Positions 23,101 to 24,000 of a stretch of 24,000 nt of DNA are shown piece by piece. Location: NCBI GenBank assembly GCA_009778325.1, contig WRJZ01000032.1:21933-45932 (forward strand). Reading direction: 5' to 3'. Within the stretch, counting starts at the first letter, position 1; every line of letters starts with the position of its first letter. Both the position numbers and the translations under genes were made by a program. Origin of the DNA: Candidatus Endomicrobium neocapritermitis (GTDB taxonomy: Bacteria > Elusimicrobiota > Endomicrobiia > Endomicrobiales > Endomicrobiaceae). The notes below the pieces were generated by a model, which was given only the letters and a program-made list of their open reading frames with translations, did no database searches and was not told where the DNA came from.

Positions 23101-23498
23101 TGTATTATTCTTAAGCGGAGATCTTCAAGATAATATTCCATGTTCGGCGGGATATTGGTTTCGTCTAAGTTACTTTCCGCCGAATAACCGAGAATCGGTA
23201 CGATTCCGTCATCAGCCGACACTATTACAAATCCGTTATCATTTGAATTAAAAATATAGAAACACGGTTCTTCGCCTTTTTTAAGCGTAAGCAGTTTCGC
23301 CCTTGTCTGCGTTTTGCTTCTGACTGCGAAAGTCGTTAATGACGAAGCCTGGTGTATGAGTTCAAGCGTTCTTTCGGCTGTTTTAACTGCGGTTTCGGTT
23401 ACAATTTTTGCGGCAGTTTCTTTTTCCTGCGGTTTTACGGATTTGAGAAAATTAAGCCCTGCTTTTTCCGCCGTTGCTTTGTCGATAATTTTACCCAT
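20181..23498 (-). CDS. large multidomain protein: streptopain (C10) propeptide-like + C10 protease-like domain (Ser at nucleophile position) + BspA-type leucine-rich repeats + C-terminal Cys/His module
   Basis: The propeptide-like block is CFYIFNSNDNGFVIVSADDGIVPILGYS. The C10-like blocks are KTKWSQGSLYNKLCP, TGSLATAMAQIMYYHGHP, and the His block GVEHAFICDGY. At least 9 LRR_5-type units are present (IGETAFARQKSLNSINI, VGPKAFYGCAKLKSIVI, VGDSAFKGCTGITKVSF and others). ATG 23498 (MGKIIDK) has AGGAGA 5 nt upstream. The track start at 23546 lies in a palindrome. Confidence 0.8.
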   Translation of the reverse strand: MGKIIDKATAEKAGLNFLKSVKPQEKETAAKIVTETAVKTAERTLELIHQASSLTTFAVRSKTQTRAKLLTLKKGEEPCFYIFNSNDNGFVIVSADDGIVPILGYSAESNLDETNIPPNMEYYLEDLRLRIIQIRKNDEEGNKEEALELENLQIGKDVPAGMKDYFEAFRLRIIQIRKNKEKEKEETALEWENLKNDTTDTGNSPGKLNNSSSSGEPLIKTKWSQGSLYNKLCPPVDNERRCLTGSLATAMAQIMYYHGHPYVGTGQHTSTQAENGGIKPSANFGNTAYRWDLMPQQLDYSSTTAEIDTVAQLMRHCGISVNTKYSAYPGVSTASFSAAKDALKNYFQYDNNINEEGENRWIFGTIQDEDGKWRDLIKSEIDKQQPVLYCGSNNAGVEHAFICDGYKDTMLFHFNWGDGVYDNAYFYLAGSINGYGNNNRIMYKIKPIGNRHCIAVSWNYPSEELSRNPVIFPYGEVSVVHGYNRTFVMSDNNNYLFESVSVDGKYQQAMPYGNKKKVTLINVTSDKKLVAKFRCKYGFELNGITYFPLSPEYLDAEVTVPYPGSGPYYGDMTIPFLIFKWDIMYYVAGIGETAFARQKSLNSINIDAGIKYIANGAFSECTSLNRVNAARDYNIDIYGSAFYLCENLETFNGSHKIISVGPKAFYGCAKLKSIVIHNMKSIGSYAFFGCKGLTNITFPAGFNAAVGDNAFEGCSGMKSILSFRGTPPSCGANTFNGIAGSIPVYVPENCIQNYRNAQGWNHFNNYQSITTVINNIKYVILDSGSAAAAPNPNAGYTGKVSIPSYFRYGDVSYGDNSHIYYVNHIREKAFLNSSGITEVSFSVESVGDSAFKGCTGITKVSFSAGSIGDSAFEGCTGITQITSNTSVPPVCGRDVFKGLYRTVNGVQSLKHITLKVGMRYVEAYQAADVWKDFTIVELPIELPRPPELHISLELAIRWPIPILYKLYDIFIRPELVNILQVREKTALSAQDIHALTEHLNKAAEILPAGADYDAVAKALQDIQTIIRTAQIVDMPAVKVQYYVSKRADKNGEHEIHAFSCTRKPTKSDMIEIGEFDSLEKAMKAAGKHYKKVDGCYYCCREAHTM
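20869..20994. repeat. two near-identical 63-nt tandem units encoding adjacent LRR modules
   Basis: Unit 20869-20931 and unit 20932-20994 differ at only a few positions. They encode ..SVGDSAFKGCTGITKVSFSA / GSIGDSAFEGCTGITQITSN... Confidence 0.7.
22875..23126. repeat. intragenic tandem duplication (2 x 126 nt / 42 aa) in the C10/LRR gene
   Basis: The protein units are EDLRLRIIQIRKNDEEGNKEEALELENLQ.. and EAFRLRIIQIRKNKEKEKEETALEWENLK... A 27-nt identical DNA block (gttttttcttatttgtattattcttaa) occurs at 22962-22988 and 23088-23114. Confidence 0.8.
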
Positions 23499-23655
23499 AA
23501 CATTCTCCTTTATCAGAAGCCCGGAAGCATGGATGCGCGGATGCATAGAGCAGCTATGGCCGTTTTATCTTTGCCGTTGCCATGCATCTATGCATCCACG
23601 CGTCTACGCATCATAATTTGTACGAGACGGATAACCTGCGTTTTCTGCCCTGACG

Positions 23656-24000
23656 CTATAGCCGCTCCGGCTCGGGAACTCTATAACTGTGAAGGTAGCA
23701 GTCATCGCCGCCGCCTCCTCCGATACATGTCGGCAACGAGTTGTCGTTGTCGAGCTCAAGGACATGGACATGAATAGGCGTTCCATTTAATTGCAGCGAA
23801 CGAACAGTCACGCCCTCCAGTTCCGACCATGCCGAACCAAATTTGCCCAGGTACTTGCCTCCAAAACAGTGGCCTGTGACAGCCGAGAAGCAGAAAATGC
23901 CGTTTGAAGATCCTTTTGATCTGCTGATAATGAGCCTGCCGCGGATGGTAAATACTCCGCCCTGAATCTCATCGAAATGGATCGGCGTGCTGCCAAGCTG
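23656..24000 (-). CDS. 5'-truncated ORF of unknown function (runs off the window edge)
   Basis: This frame is not in the track because it has no start codon in the window. It is open for 114 codons from 24000 to TAG 23656-23658 (..GVFTIRGRLIISRSKGSSNGIFCFSAVTGHCFGGKYLGKFGSAWSELEGVTVRSLQLNGTPIHVHVLELDNDN..). Its GC-rich third positions are consistent with coding in this GC-rich segment. No family was recognised. Confidence 0.35.
   Translation of the reverse strand, partial: QLGSTPIHFDEIQGGVFTIRGRLIISRSKGSSNGIFCFSAVTGHCFGGKYLGKFGSAWSELEGVTVRSLQLNGTPIHVHVLELDNDNSLPTCIGGGGGDDCYLHSYRVPEPERL

Noticed and set aside
23352-23777. 141-aa plus-strand ORF, and track ORFs 23604-23786 and 23808-23996 (minus strand)
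   Set aside because: The plus-strand ORF overlaps the 5' end of the large gene and is Cys/Arg/Phe-rich nonsense. The two minus-strand ORFs are in frames that compete with a longer frame that stays open to the window edge. In GC-rich DNA such alternative frames are expected by chance.

Overview
This is a gene-dense bacterial window, mostly on the minus strand. I saw no rRNA, tRNA, CRISPR array, integrase or transposase.

Backbone genes:
- An ANL-type acyl-CoA synthetase with an XRE/cupin regulator, and a FabG-like SDR.
- A biotin operon running from bioB to bioF. It carries its own KAS I/II-type condensing enzyme, a second SDR, a DUF5672-like protein and a 63-aa Cys-rich protein.
- An ArsR-controlled divergent arsenic module. 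One arm is arsR-arsM, with arsM broken by one in-frame TAA. The other arm is an ArsP-type permease plus a small thioredoxin-fold protein.
- Homoserine dehydrogenase.
- A 1105-aa protein with no signal peptide. It joins a streptopain (C10) propeptide and protease-like domain (Ser at the nucleophile position) to BspA-type LRRs and a C-terminal Cys/His module.

Three visibly AT-richer segments look accessory:
- A lone small PD-(D/E)xK protein (4256-4663).
- A two-gene cassette with its own promoter that splits the bio operon (8022-10599): a YhcG/DUF1016 nuclease plus a 436-aa orphan.
- A two-gene R-M system (15417-18636) whose methylase carries an N-terminal HsdR_N-type nuclease domain, followed by an HsdS-like subunit and no HsdR. 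This is a BcgI/Type IIB-like architecture.

Intergenic DNA holds long low-complexity imperfect palindromes, short-period tandem repeats and 'caatgac'-core hairpins, and these intrude into coding ends. The last ~450 nt are much GC-richer and hold a truncated ORF.

Best candidates for something new are the operon-splitting nuclease cassette, the bio-linked KAS/SDR/DUF5672/Cys-rich set, and the C10-like variant protein.

All family calls come from motif recognition by eye, and no searches were run. GC values are from hand-sampled lines, not a full computation.
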